Positions 44,577-52,956 of a stretch of 64,000 bases of DNA are shown here, piece after piece. Position 1 is the first letter of the stretch. Every line of letters starts with the position of its first letter. The stretch covers positions 35,533 through 99,532 of the IMG/VR virus record IMGVR_UViG_2974607751_000001. One strand, given 5' to 3'. The stretch is from a virus. Its lineage: Duplodnaviria > Heunggongvirae > Uroviricota > Caudoviricetes > Demerecviridae. Under the pieces are notes generated by a model, which worked only from the letters and a program-made list of their open reading frames with translations, did not search any database and was not told the origin of the DNA. Position numbers and translations under genes: made by a program.

Positions 44577-44651
44577 GCGTCCTTATTTCAATGGAAAGAA
44601 TGTAAAGCTACGAACTTTACGATCGGGGTTCGATTCCCTGAGGATGCACCA
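44577..44651 (+). tRNA. tRNA-Arg (ACG) carrying a G3:U70 wobble pair
   Basis: Acceptor gcgtcct/aggatgc. Anticodon arm taaag-ctacgaa-cttta. Confidence 0.55.
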
Positions 44652-44675
44652 ACTAACTTAAACAGGAAATAAAAT

Positions 44676-44876
44676 ATGGCTGATTTCTGCAAAGAATGCT
44701 CTATCGATATGTGGGGCAAAGATACTGGTGATCTTTCTGGTCTGATTACAGAAGCCGAAGTTAAAGAAGGCTACGGTGCTGTTGTAATCTGTGAAGGTTG
44801 TGGCATCATTCGTGTTGATCATAATGGCAAACGTCTAGAAGAACCAGATCCAATCGCCACGGTTCCTGTAGAATAA
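44676..44876 (+). CDS. hypothetical small Cys-containing protein
   Basis: The RBS is acaggaaataaaatATG. Confidence 0.4.
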   Translation: MADFCKECSIDMWGKDTGDLSGLITEAEVKEGYGAVVICEGCGIIRVDHNGKRLEEPDPIATVPVE

Positions 44877-44884
44877 AAAATTAT

Positions 44885-44960
44885 TGGGATGTAGATCAAT
44901 TGGCAGATCATCGGCCTCTGACTCCGAAGGTTCCACGTTCGATCCGTGGCATCCCAGCCA
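44885..44960 (+). tRNA. tRNA-Gln (CTG)
   Basis: Acceptor tgggatg/catccca. Loop ctctgac. Confidence 0.6.
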
Positions 44961-44966
44961 AATACT

Positions 44967-45042
44967 TGGAGAGTAGTGTAACGGTTAGCACAACGGCCTT
45001 TGACTCCGTTAATGGTAGGTTCGATTCCTCCTTCTCCAGCCA
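44967..45042 (+). tRNA. tRNA-Gln (TTG)
   Basis: Acceptor tggagag/ttctcca. Loop ctttgac. Confidence 0.6.
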
Positions 45043-45058
45043 ATTTATGCGTGATTAG

Positions 45059-45133
45059 TTCAGTGGCTAGAATAACTGGCTTCCAACCAGTAGACACGAG
45101 TTCGACTCTCGTATCCCGCACCAATTTAAGGAA
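45059..45133 (+). tRNA. tRNA-Gly (TCC)
   Basis: Acceptor gcgtgat/atcccgc with one mismatch. Anticodon arm actgg-cttccaa-ccagt. Confidence 0.55.
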
Positions 45134-45138
45134 ACGTT

Positions 45139-45375
45139 ATGCACGTTTTTGAGTTTCGTAATAAAAACCCCAATAGACGAGTTTTAATTATTGGTGAAAC
45201 ATATCGAGCTTATGAGCAAGAAGATGGTTCGGTTTTATTAAATGATGAAAAGCAAGGCTATAGCTTTCATCCAGAAGAAACATATGAAGAATTTCGTAAA
45301 CAATTTAGTCTAGACTGGAGAAAGCTAGTTACTAGCAGTTCGTTACCTGCTTCTATCAGTATGAGTTCACTATAA
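45139..45375 (+). CDS. hypothetical small protein
   Basis: Intact ORF between tRNA blocks. Confidence 0.4.
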   Translation: MHVFEFRNKNPNRRVLIIGETYRAYEQEDGSVLLNDEKQGYSFHPEETYEEFRKQFSLDWRKLVTSSSLPASISMSSL

Positions 45376-45549
45376 ATGGCTGATAATCTAAAGCTAAAGG
45401 TAGATAAACAAATGAAGTGCGTTGAGGTTGAGTTAGGCGAAGAACGTTTAAAACTCTCCTTCGAATTTCTACAGCAGTTGGCTATGACAGTAATGTCTGA
45501 TAAGTCTCCTGTATTTGAAAAAGAAATCCCGTTGAAATAACGGGCTAAT

Positions 45550-45636
45550 GCTGGGTTGGCAGAAAGGCTGAATGCACCTGACTTGTAATCAGAAGGAGCA
45601 ATCCCGTTGCAGGTTCGAATCCTGTGCCCAGCACCA
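45550..45636 (+). tRNA. Type-II-architecture tRNA carrying a Thr anticodon (TGT), discriminator A73
   Basis: Acceptor gctgggt/gcccagc. 3-bp D-stem gca/tgc with an 11-nt D-loop. Anticodon arm ctga-cttgtaa-tcag. 15-nt variable arm gga-GCAA-tcc. Confidence 0.5.
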
Positions 45637-45651
45637 ATTTAAGGAAACCTA

Positions 45652-46074
45652 ATGCAAGAAACGTTATACGAAAGGCTTGGGGGCATATTTGCTATAGCGG
45701 CAATAGTAAATCATTTTAGTGATGCACTTATCACTAATCCAGTAGTAGGACAGCATTCTGCTAATAAAGCTCTAGCTGATTGGCATAACAATAGTTTAGC
45801 TAATTTACCTGGTCTTAAATGGATGCGTACTCTTTGGGTTGCTAGTATTACAGGTGGGCCATACACTTATGTTGGAACTAAACCTGATGCTTCTCCTCTA
45901 GGATTACAGAATGCACATGCCAGATTTAAGATTACCTCAGAAGAGTTTGATGCTGTTGCGGGCGAGCTATTAAAAACTCTAAAGATTGGTAAAGTTGGTG
46001 ATAAAGAAATTCAGGAAGTTATGGGTGCATTTGCTGCTCATAAGAATGAAGTTATTGCTGGTTCTAAAATTTAA
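45652..46074 (+). CDS. Truncated (2/2) hemoglobin
   Basis: N-terminal LYERLGG..AIAAIV, a second Gly-Gly SITGGPY and a proximal-His region NAHARFKITSEEFDA follow the trHb layout. The RBS is aaggaaacctaATG. Confidence 0.6.
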   Translation: MQETLYERLGGIFAIAAIVNHFSDALITNPVVGQHSANKALADWHNNSLANLPGLKWMRTLWVASITGGPYTYVGTKPDASPLGLQNAHARFKITSEEFDAVAGELLKTLKIGKVGDKEIQEVMGAFAAHKNEVIAGSKI

Positions 46075-46141
46075 AAATTCATTTGCCTTCTCTCTTATTT
46101 CTTGTTATAATATTTATATAAATTAATGAGAGGGAAACCAA

Positions 46142-46435
46142 ATGAAACGTTATCTTTCTGTCGTATTCCAAACAGGTGGCCAACGCTACACTTACGAATT
46201 TCCTGAGTCTTGGAAAATAAAAGAAGGCGATCAAGTTGTTGTACTAACTCCTCGTGAAGGCTTCAAAGTAGTAACGGTTAAACAAGTATTTCCAAAAGAT
46301 CACGAACCATCTAAGTCTATTCAGTACAAGATGATTCACGGTCTGGTACGAAAAGTACCTAGAACAGAAGTCGAAGTAGATAAAACTGGGGAAGCTAAAT
46401 ACCAGTATACCTCTTACTTAGACGAAATGATGTAA
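46142..46435 (+). CDS. hypothetical protein
   Basis: A PN25-type promoter lies at about 46085-46113. Confidence 0.45.
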   Translation: MKRYLSVVFQTGGQRYTYEFPESWKIKEGDQVVVLTPREGFKVVTVKQVFPKDHEPSKSIQYKMIHGLVRKVPRTEVEVDKTGEAKYQYTSYLDEMM

Positions 46436-46436
46436 T

Positions 46437-46512
46437 GCTCTGATAGTTCAACAGGTTAGAACAGACGACCGATAATCGTCAAATCTTGGTTCGATCCCAA
46501 GTCGGAGTACCA
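46437..46512 (+). tRNA. tRNA-Ile (GAT)
   Basis: Acceptor gctctga/tcggagt. Anticodon arm gacga-ccgataa-tcgtc. Confidence 0.55.
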
Positions 46513-46518
46513 AATTAT

Positions 46519-46594
46519 AGTTAGTTGGCAGAGTGGTTATGCACCTCCTTCATACGGAGCGACTACAGTGGTTCAAATCCACTACTAACTACCA
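46519..46594 (+). tRNA. tRNA with CAT anticodon, copy 3
   Basis: Acceptor agttagt/actaact. Anticodon arm ctcc-ttcatac-ggag. Confidence 0.55.
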
Positions 46595-46997
46595 AACATG
46601 CAGTGAGCTTCGGGAGAAGCAGCGCGGTGACACTATAAGGTCTAAGTGCGAAAAGCTGTGATGAGAAGAGAGTCCACATTCTATAAATGGCCGGGCGTGA
46701 CAGCAGGAAGTAGACTGCAACTCCATGCTATCCAGGAGTCTAAATGTAGAAGCTAAGACTTTAGATAGTCATTGTCTTAGCGTGAGCAATCACGTAGTTG
46801 CAACAGACCTGGAAGATCGCAACGTTAAAATCAAAGTTCCAGTGCTTATTTATCTAATCGAGACCATCAATCTCACCGGAACGCTAGCACCCCAACAGTA
46901 GCTAGTGATTAGATAGTAAGCAAGCCTGCCTTCCAGTTTTTATCTTGCTTCTGGGTTAACAAAAAGCTGAGCCAAATTCTAACATCAGGGAGATCTA

Positions 46998-47366
46998 ATG
47001 AAAGCATATCAAAGTCTTAAGTCTGGCGTAATTAACATTGTTCATAACAATCAGATCATTCAACTATATTCTAAAGATGGTGAACTTAAACAGAAAGTTC
47101 TAGTCGAAGATCTAGAAGGTATCACACCTCACTTTGACCCTGAGGCCTTTCGCATTGTAGATGTGGAAGTGGTTCCTCAAGTCGAGGGTGGTCAGCACCT
47201 AAATGTCAATGTGTTAAGCCGTGATCAGCTTTTGGATGCGCAGAAACATCCTGAAAAATATCCTCAGTTGACCATCCGTGTCTCTGGCTATGCTGTTCGA
47301 TTTAACGCATTGACGCGTGAACAACAGAACGACGTTATTAGTCGTACATTTACTCAGGCGATATAA
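46998..47366 (+). CDS. grcA: GrcA/YfiD-like autonomous glycyl radical cofactor
   Basis: The C-terminus [56 protein letters not shown] is near-identical to the E. coli GrcA/PFL C-terminal glycyl radical domain, including RVSGY. Confidence 0.8.
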   Translation: MKAYQSLKSGVINIVHNNQIIQLYSKDGELKQKVLVEDLEGITPHFDPEAFRIVDVEVVPQVEGGQHLNVNVLSRDQLLDAQKHPEKYPQLTIRVSGYAVRFNALTREQQNDVISRTFTQAI

Positions 47367-47447
47367 TGGGGTTTGGATACGATTTCTCCCAGCTACGCAA
47401 GGTAGTCGAGCAAACTCCATTTATCTCCCAAGTTTTAGGAGAAATGT

Positions 47448-47741
47448 GTGGATCGAGCATTAAGACGCCATCACCGGCAACGTGTGAAAAACAATCGCAA
47501 GAAGTATTGGACAGTCTTCCCACAAGAAGAAAGTCCTAAGCGATTAGGCATTATCACTACCACTCCTTGCATCTGTTCTTGTTGGATGTGTGGGAATCCT
47601 CGCAAGTACTATAAGAATAGTAAAGCAGGCATGAAAATCTCGGAGATTAAAAAGATGGATGCAATGATCTTAGGTATCGGATATGGCGAAGGTATTTCAA
47701 ATGATGAATTTGATGGCTTCGTAGGTTTCGGAGAAGGTTAA
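47448..47741 (+). CDS. Cys-rich hypothetical protein (GTG start)
   Basis: The RBS is aggagaaatgtGTG. A terminator follows. Confidence 0.4.
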   Translation: MDRALRRHHRQRVKNNRKKYWTVFPQEESPKRLGIITTTPCICSCWMCGNPRKYYKNSKAGMKISEIKKMDAMILGIGYGEGISNDEFDGFVGFGEG

Positions 47742-47752
47742 TTAATAATAAA

Positions 47753-47784
47753 CCCCAGCTATTGAATAAGTAGTCTGGGGTTTT
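47753..47784 (+). terminator. rho-independent terminator
   Basis: Sequence is ccccagctattgaataagtagtctggggtttt. Confidence 0.6.
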
Positions 47785-48050
47785 CTTGTATATAGGATTT
47801 TCGAAATGAAAATTTTTAAAGTGAACTATAGTGGCCTGTGGTTAGGTGGTACAGCTATTGTTGTTGCAGAAACTGCAGAAGAAGCAATCGAACTGGCCAG
47901 AAACCATAGAAGTTCTATAGAATTCGAGAATGTGACAGTAGAAGAACTCCCCAGCAGTGGGGTAGTATACAACGACAACGGAGATTACTGATGTTATATT
48001 TTGAAGTTCGTCCACATTAAGTTAATTTAAAAAGACTTAATGGAGGTAAT

Positions 48051-48398
48051 ATGAGCCGTACATATCGTAAACAATCTGGTGATCAGTGGTGGAAATCTAA
48101 AGCTAAGTATACTCAGGAGTACACATTCCTTAAAGGGAGTGGCTACTGGATTCGAGTTACTTATGCTAAATCCTGGGATGAAGTAGAACAGGAGATGAAG
48201 GAAGCAACTATCCGCAATGAGAAAAAGGATGGCTACAACTGGGATTCTGTTAGCAAGAATGTTAAGTGGCATTCTAACAAAATGGTTCGTCAAGGGAATC
48301 GCCAAGAACTCCACCGTGTAATGAGAGATCCAGAAAATTACGACTATAATCGCGACCATGACATGCGTAAGCGTGGTTTATGGTGGTGCTACGACTAA
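48051..48398 (+). CDS. hypothetical basic protein
   Basis: Intact ORF; a 61-aa ORF lies upstream at 47806..47991. Confidence 0.45.
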   Translation: MSRTYRKQSGDQWWKSKAKYTQEYTFLKGSGYWIRVTYAKSWDEVEQEMKEATIRNEKKDGYNWDSVSKNVKWHSNKMVRQGNRQELHRVMRDPENYDYNRDHDMRKRGLWWCYD

Positions 48399-48474
48399 TT
48401 TCGTAAATAATTCATTTGCTAAAACCCTCTCCTTTTGATATAATATTTATATAAATTGATGAGAGGGCTTTGAA

Positions 48475-48750
48475 ATGAAAACTTCTAACGAACTTAAAGA
48501 AGAGGCCAAAGTATTTGTTAATGGTTTTATTGCAGGATCTTGCAATTCCTTTGACTACTCTTTAACTGTGTTTACAGAAGAACATCCAGAAGTAAATAAA
48601 GATATTCTAGAAACTATTCTTAACAAAGCTATCGAAGAAGCTGAAATATTCCTGTGTGACTCTTGTGGATGGTGGTGCTGGGCACATGAACGTTCTTGGA
48701 ATGATTATGATACATGTCGAGACTGTGATCCTGAAGAGGAGGAAGATTAA
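48475..48750 (+). CDS. hypothetical Cys-rich protein
   Basis: A PN25-type promoter lies at about 48412-48440. Confidence 0.45.
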   Translation: MKTSNELKEEAKVFVNGFIAGSCNSFDYSLTVFTEEHPEVNKDILETILNKAIEEAEIFLCDSCGWWCWAHERSWNDYDTCRDCDPEEEED

Positions 48751-48954
48751 TGGAAACTAATTACGCAATTATCTTTGGTAAGTGGTATGATGGGTTTGCA
48801 GTAGTCTTCACTGATTCAGCAGAAAAAGCAGTTGAAATGCTGAAAAATAAAGCAGCTTTTAAAGAGCGTGAAGAGTGGGATCAAGAAATCCAAGAAGTTA
48901 TTGAGCTACCACGCGAAACAGTACACTGCACTATAGTTTACAACGGAGACTAAC

Positions 48955-49254
48955 ATGAATAAGTTTATTATTGCTCTGGTAATTTCAGTAGTTAGTTTCG
49001 GTTCCCTGGCATCTACCAAAGTTTCTATGAAAAATGGTAATGTTAAAGTTCAGCAGAACGGCATTACCACCGAATATGGTAAAGTACGTGATGTTAAAGA
49101 ACGTAATGGCAAAGTAGAAATATATACTAATAAAAACTTCTCTACTCCGGCTGTTACTGTTAGCAAACGTGGTGAAATCACTACTCAACGTACTGATAGT
49201 TCTGATTCTTTTACTTGCCGTTATGACTGTGGCTTTGAAGGTGAAGATGAGTAA
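48955..49254 (+). CDS. secreted small protein (signal peptide)
   Basis: The signal peptide is MNKFIIALVISVVSFGSLAS. Confidence 0.45.
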   Translation: MNKFIIALVISVVSFGSLASTKVSMKNGNVKVQQNGITTEYGKVRDVKERNGKVEIYTNKNFSTPAVTVSKRGEITTQRTDSSDSFTCRYDCGFEGEDE

Positions 49255-49666
49255 TTTAGACCCCAGAATTAAACATGCAGTTGAAGAAATCCAAGATCAA
49301 ATCGATGAGGACTTCACTATTTGGTCAAGATTTGGTAATGGTGAAGGTTGTCAGCTTTATAGTATGAAAATGGGTATCTCGATTGAACTTAGTATCAATC
49401 CCGAAGGCAACATAGAAGCCCAACCCATGTTCAGTGTTCCAGGCTTCTCTGGATTTGTTATGGGTATGAAGTTATGTCTACCAAACAAACATCTTTACCG
49501 TGTTATCTGTCAGCTAGAGACAATTAAACATTTCTTACCCGAAGGTAACATTAATGATTATTATCATGAAGTTGTGGCAGCTTACATGATGGAAGAACGC
49601 AAACGTCGGAGAGAAGAACGTGAAAGAGCTAAATCTCAACAGTCTAGTACAGATTCCAGCAACTGA
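49247..49666 (+). CDS. hypothetical protein
   Basis: The internal Met MSNLDPR was chosen; its ATG overlaps the upstream stop. Confidence 0.4.
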   Translation: MSNLDPRIKHAVEEIQDQIDEDFTIWSRFGNGEGCQLYSMKMGISIELSINPEGNIEAQPMFSVPGFSGFVMGMKLCLPNKHLYRVICQLETIKHFLPEGNINDYYHEVVAAYMMEERKRRREERERAKSQQSSTDSSN

Positions 49667-49909
49667 TGCTGTACTAGAGTATCTTAGAAAGGATCATGTT
49701 AAGTTCTGGACTGATTATAGTTATGAGCACAATTCAGATTTAGCTACCGATTTTGCAAATAAACGAATAGCTGAGTATACAGATCCTAGAGTTAAAAATG
49801 GTATGATTACCTTACCACTTTGGGATGTAATGGAAAAGTTTGGTAAAGATTTGTGCCCTGGTTGTATACCATTGTTTGTTACTATTCTAATTGACGAAAA
49901 GGATCTTAA

Positions 49910-50194
49910 ATGATTATCTCTCCATTTGCTTTGTGGTTTGTTATTGGTGCAGTTGTCGCGATTTACAGTCTGATTGATGATCTGTACATCTCTAAAAATA
50001 AAGATGTTATTATTTATGTAATAAATAAATATCGTCCACCAGAACTAGCAGAATTTGACGATGAAAAGATGTTCAAATTCATTATGTCAGGTATGCTTAT
50101 TATGGATACCTTGTTCGGGCCAGTAGCCACTTATTTCTTCTTCCGTAAAACTCGTAAGATGAAAAAGTTCCGTGCTGAAATGCAGAACAAGTAA
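49910..50194 (+). CDS. small membrane protein
   Basis: Two TM segments; a 97-aa ORF lies upstream at 49620..49913. Confidence 0.4.
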   Translation: MIISPFALWFVIGAVVAIYSLIDDLYISKNKDVIIYVINKYRPPELAEFDDEKMFKFIMSGMLIMDTLFGPVATYFFFRKTRKMKKFRAEMQNK

Positions 50195-50310
50195 AGAACT
50201 CGCGTAGGACCGAGTTGCGTCACCTGCAACTGTTACGGATAAGGGAGTCGTGCCCCTTAGTGCGGTAAGTGGTGAGTTGGTCGCTGACCTCAACTTTAAC
50301 TGGAGATATC

Positions 50311-50658
50311 ATGAGCTTTATTTTATTCATTGTAGCAGCATGGTTTATTATTGGTTTAGGCTATGCTATTGCAGTTATTCGTCATCTGGATGAATATTCT
50401 GCTGAATGGTTTATTAAGTACCTACGTTTAGACGATCAAGAACACGAGTTCGACAGTGCTGAGGAAAGGCAGGCTGTCCAGTTAATGACTCCCAAAGAAT
50501 GCTTGCTTTACATGCGTGTAATTGGTTTCTTTGGACTGTTGGTAGCGGGGCCTATAGGTCTTACTATTGCTCCCTACAAAGAAGTTGTTGACGACATTAA
50601 ACTATGGAGAACCGCTGGATCGCTACGTCGTGCTAGAGAATTAAGTAAACAAGAGTGA
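50311..50658 (+). CDS. membrane protein
   Basis: The RBS is ggagatatcATG. Predicted TM helices. Confidence 0.4.
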   Translation: MSFILFIVAAWFIIGLGYAIAVIRHLDEYSAEWFIKYLRLDDQEHEFDSAEERQAVQLMTPKECLLYMRVIGFFGLLVAGPIGLTIAPYKEVVDDIKLWRTAGSLRRARELSKQE

Positions 50659-50693
50659 TGATAATCACCTCCTAGCAAGAATAATAATGACAA

Positions 50694-50728
50694 AGCCCAG
50701 CCTGCAATTTTGCGACTGGGCTATTTTT
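50694..50728 (+). terminator. rho-independent terminator
   Basis: Sequence is agcccagcctgcaattttgcgactgggctattttt. Confidence 0.6.
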
Positions 50729-50803
50729 GTAATAAAATTTCAGTTGCTCAGATGCCACAAGTATTGTATAATATGTTTATAGATTGAGGCAAAAGGATAA
50801 TTT

Positions 50804-51502
50804 ATGAGAATCATTTCAAAGTTCAATGATGTATACGATTTGCAGAATAGTTTATTTGATCCAGATCGTGTCTGGGAGCGTAAAACTGAAGAGCTGCTGG
50901 TAAAAGTAACTGACGATGTAGAAAAGAACATTGTTCATAATCGTCAGGTGTTTCGTGAAGGTTCCTTATCCTTCCGTGGTGACTTCGAATACTCAGTAAA
51001 TCCACTGTTTATTGCAGGTGAAGTTTACTGGTTACATGAGCTGTCTTGCTGGCATCCGGCATTCAGTTTCAAAACGTTCAACATCGATGCTGTGTTCGAT
51101 AAAATGGAAGAAATGGGATTACACGCCCGTTCTTACTTACTAGATAAGAATCGTGGTGATGTTCGTGAAACTATGCGAGATATGTTGGTTGAAGCAAAAC
51201 CTAAAGCAGAACGTATCTTATCTGAACTGCGTGTACCAATTGCGTATGTGAAAGGTATTAAAAAGAACGATAACGATGATGTTCGTAACTTCGTAATTCA
51301 GACAAACATTCGTTTCCACCAGTCAGGTATTCCGTGGCAGGAAATTGAAAGTAACTTATACCGTTTACACCAAGTTCTCGAACAGTATATCTTCGGTGTA
51401 CTAGGAACTGGTGAGCCTGATATGATTACCGTATCAGATAAAGACAGGTTAGCAGCACATGGATTTGATACAAAAACTTCTTTCAGGAATATGGCAAGGT
51501 AA
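50804..51502 (+). CDS. hypothetical protein
   Basis: A promoter lies at about 50741-50770. Confidence 0.45.
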   Translation: MRIISKFNDVYDLQNSLFDPDRVWERKTEELLVKVTDDVEKNIVHNRQVFREGSLSFRGDFEYSVNPLFIAGEVYWLHELSCWHPAFSFKTFNIDAVFDKMEEMGLHARSYLLDKNRGDVRETMRDMLVEAKPKAERILSELRVPIAYVKGIKKNDNDDVRNFVIQTNIRFHQSGIPWQEIESNLYRLHQVLEQYIFGVLGTGEPDMITVSDKDRLAAHGFDTKTSFRNMAR

Positions 51503-51908
51503 GGGGTATATCCTGGGAGCTGGTCTTGCGATAGGTATCGGATTCGGTGCTTATCACTTAGTAAATAAGGTTGAAACTCTAGCTGGAGATCTTGCAGTTG
51601 CGACTAAAAAGATCTCCACTCTAGAGACTTCTCTTAATAAGGTGAAAACTGAGAGTGAACTTCGTGAGACTCGAATGAATCAGTATTTCACAATGAATAA
51701 TATTTCGCAAGCAGATCTAGACAAAAAGATTAAGCAGCTAGATAAAGCTCTTAGTCGTCAAGATGTTATCGCTGCAAAGCCTGGATTGGTAACATTAATT
51801 GCTAAAAAGCAGAATAAAGAGTTCGAGGAAAGATTAGCATGTTTAACTGGAAACTTGGAGTACTGCTCGCAGCCGCAATCACAATCACAGGCTGTGCAGA
51901 AGAAATAA
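51459..51908 (+). CDS. membrane-anchored coiled-coil protein
   Basis: N-terminal TM. Confidence 0.4.
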   Translation: MDLIQKLLSGIWQGKGYILGAGLAIGIGFGAYHLVNKVETLAGDLAVATKKISTLETSLNKVKTESELRETRMNQYFTMNNISQADLDKKIKQLDKALSRQDVIAAKPGLVTLIAKKQNKEFEERLACLTGNLEYCSQPQSQSQAVQKK

Positions 51909-52192
51909 AACCAGAGCCGTCACATGAGTTAAAGCAAGCTCATGTCGATTGGCCTAAAGGACTTCAGCCGTGTAGCTTTGATTTCAAATTCGAAAAGAAA
52001 TTAGCTACAAATGGTGAAGATGGCGTAGTAGTTGTTGTACCTTACAAAGATTGGAATGCAAAAGCAAAATGCGAGGAAGCAGTTTACTCTTACATTTCAC
52101 GACTGACCGGTATGGTTTGCTTCTATCGTCAAGATTTACAAGAAAAACGTTGCTTAGTTTACTATCCACCCATTACAAATAGGAAAGATTAA
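51839..52192 (+). CDS. lipoprotein
   Basis: The lipobox is LAAAITITG-C. Confidence 0.45.
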   Translation: MFNWKLGVLLAAAITITGCAEEIKPEPSHELKQAHVDWPKGLQPCSFDFKFEKKLATNGEDGVVVVVPYKDWNAKAKCEEAVYSYISRLTGMVCFYRQDLQEKRCLVYYPPITNRKD

Positions 52193-52944
52193 TGTCAGTA
52201 TTAGTCGGTTTACATGGTGAGGCTGGTGCGGGAAAAGATACCGTTGCAGAATTAATGATCGACTGGTGTAACGACACGTTCCCAACGTGTTTATCCCGTC
52301 GTTACAGTTTTGCTAAACCCGTTTACGAACTTGCATCCGTAATCCTCGGAGTAACTCCAGAGTTTCTGGGAGAGCGCAGGGGAAAAGAGATTGACCAATG
52401 GTTTACGGTCACACAATCTCAATTGGAGCGAGCTAGAGACGTATGGTTTAAGTATGGTATCGATAAGTTTGAGGACTTCTCGTACGTTTGGCCGATTTTT
52501 GAAGGAAAATACCTTGATCCTCAGCAGTTAATTGGGCAAGCTGATGATGCGCTATATAGTGTGTTTATCTCCCCAAGAAAAATGCTACAACTTGTAGGTA
52601 CTGAGTTAGGAAGGCAGCTGGTGCATGAACGCATTTGGCTCATAATTCTGGAGCAATCCATCGATAAAGACGACCCAGACGTCGCAATCGTTACCGATGT
52701 GCGTTTCCCCAATGAGGGAGAGCTAATCATGGAAACCAATACTCTAGATATGGATTCCATGCTTATTAAGGTTGAATCTGGTATTACTAATAAGTATCGC
52801 ATCGAGACAGATCATCCGTCTGAAAGCGGTATTCCTGAAAAATACATTTCTCATAAATTTGAGAATACCTTCAACGGACTTGATGCACTTCGTACCGATG
52901 TGTACCACTTCTGTGACTTAGAGCTAGAACCACTAGTTGGATAA
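52192..52944 (+). CDS. dnk: deoxynucleoside monophosphate kinase
   Basis: The P-loop is GLHGEAGAGKDT. It is 250 aa, matching the T5 dNMP kinase. Confidence 0.65.
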   Translation: MSVLVGLHGEAGAGKDTVAELMIDWCNDTFPTCLSRRYSFAKPVYELASVILGVTPEFLGERRGKEIDQWFTVTQSQLERARDVWFKYGIDKFEDFSYVWPIFEGKYLDPQQLIGQADDALYSVFISPRKMLQLVGTELGRQLVHERIWLIILEQSIDKDDPDVAIVTDVRFPNEGELIMETNTLDMDSMLIKVESGITNKYRIETDHPSESGIPEKYISHKFENTFNGLDALRTDVYHFCDLELEPLVG

Positions 52945-52956
52945 TTAAGGATCACT

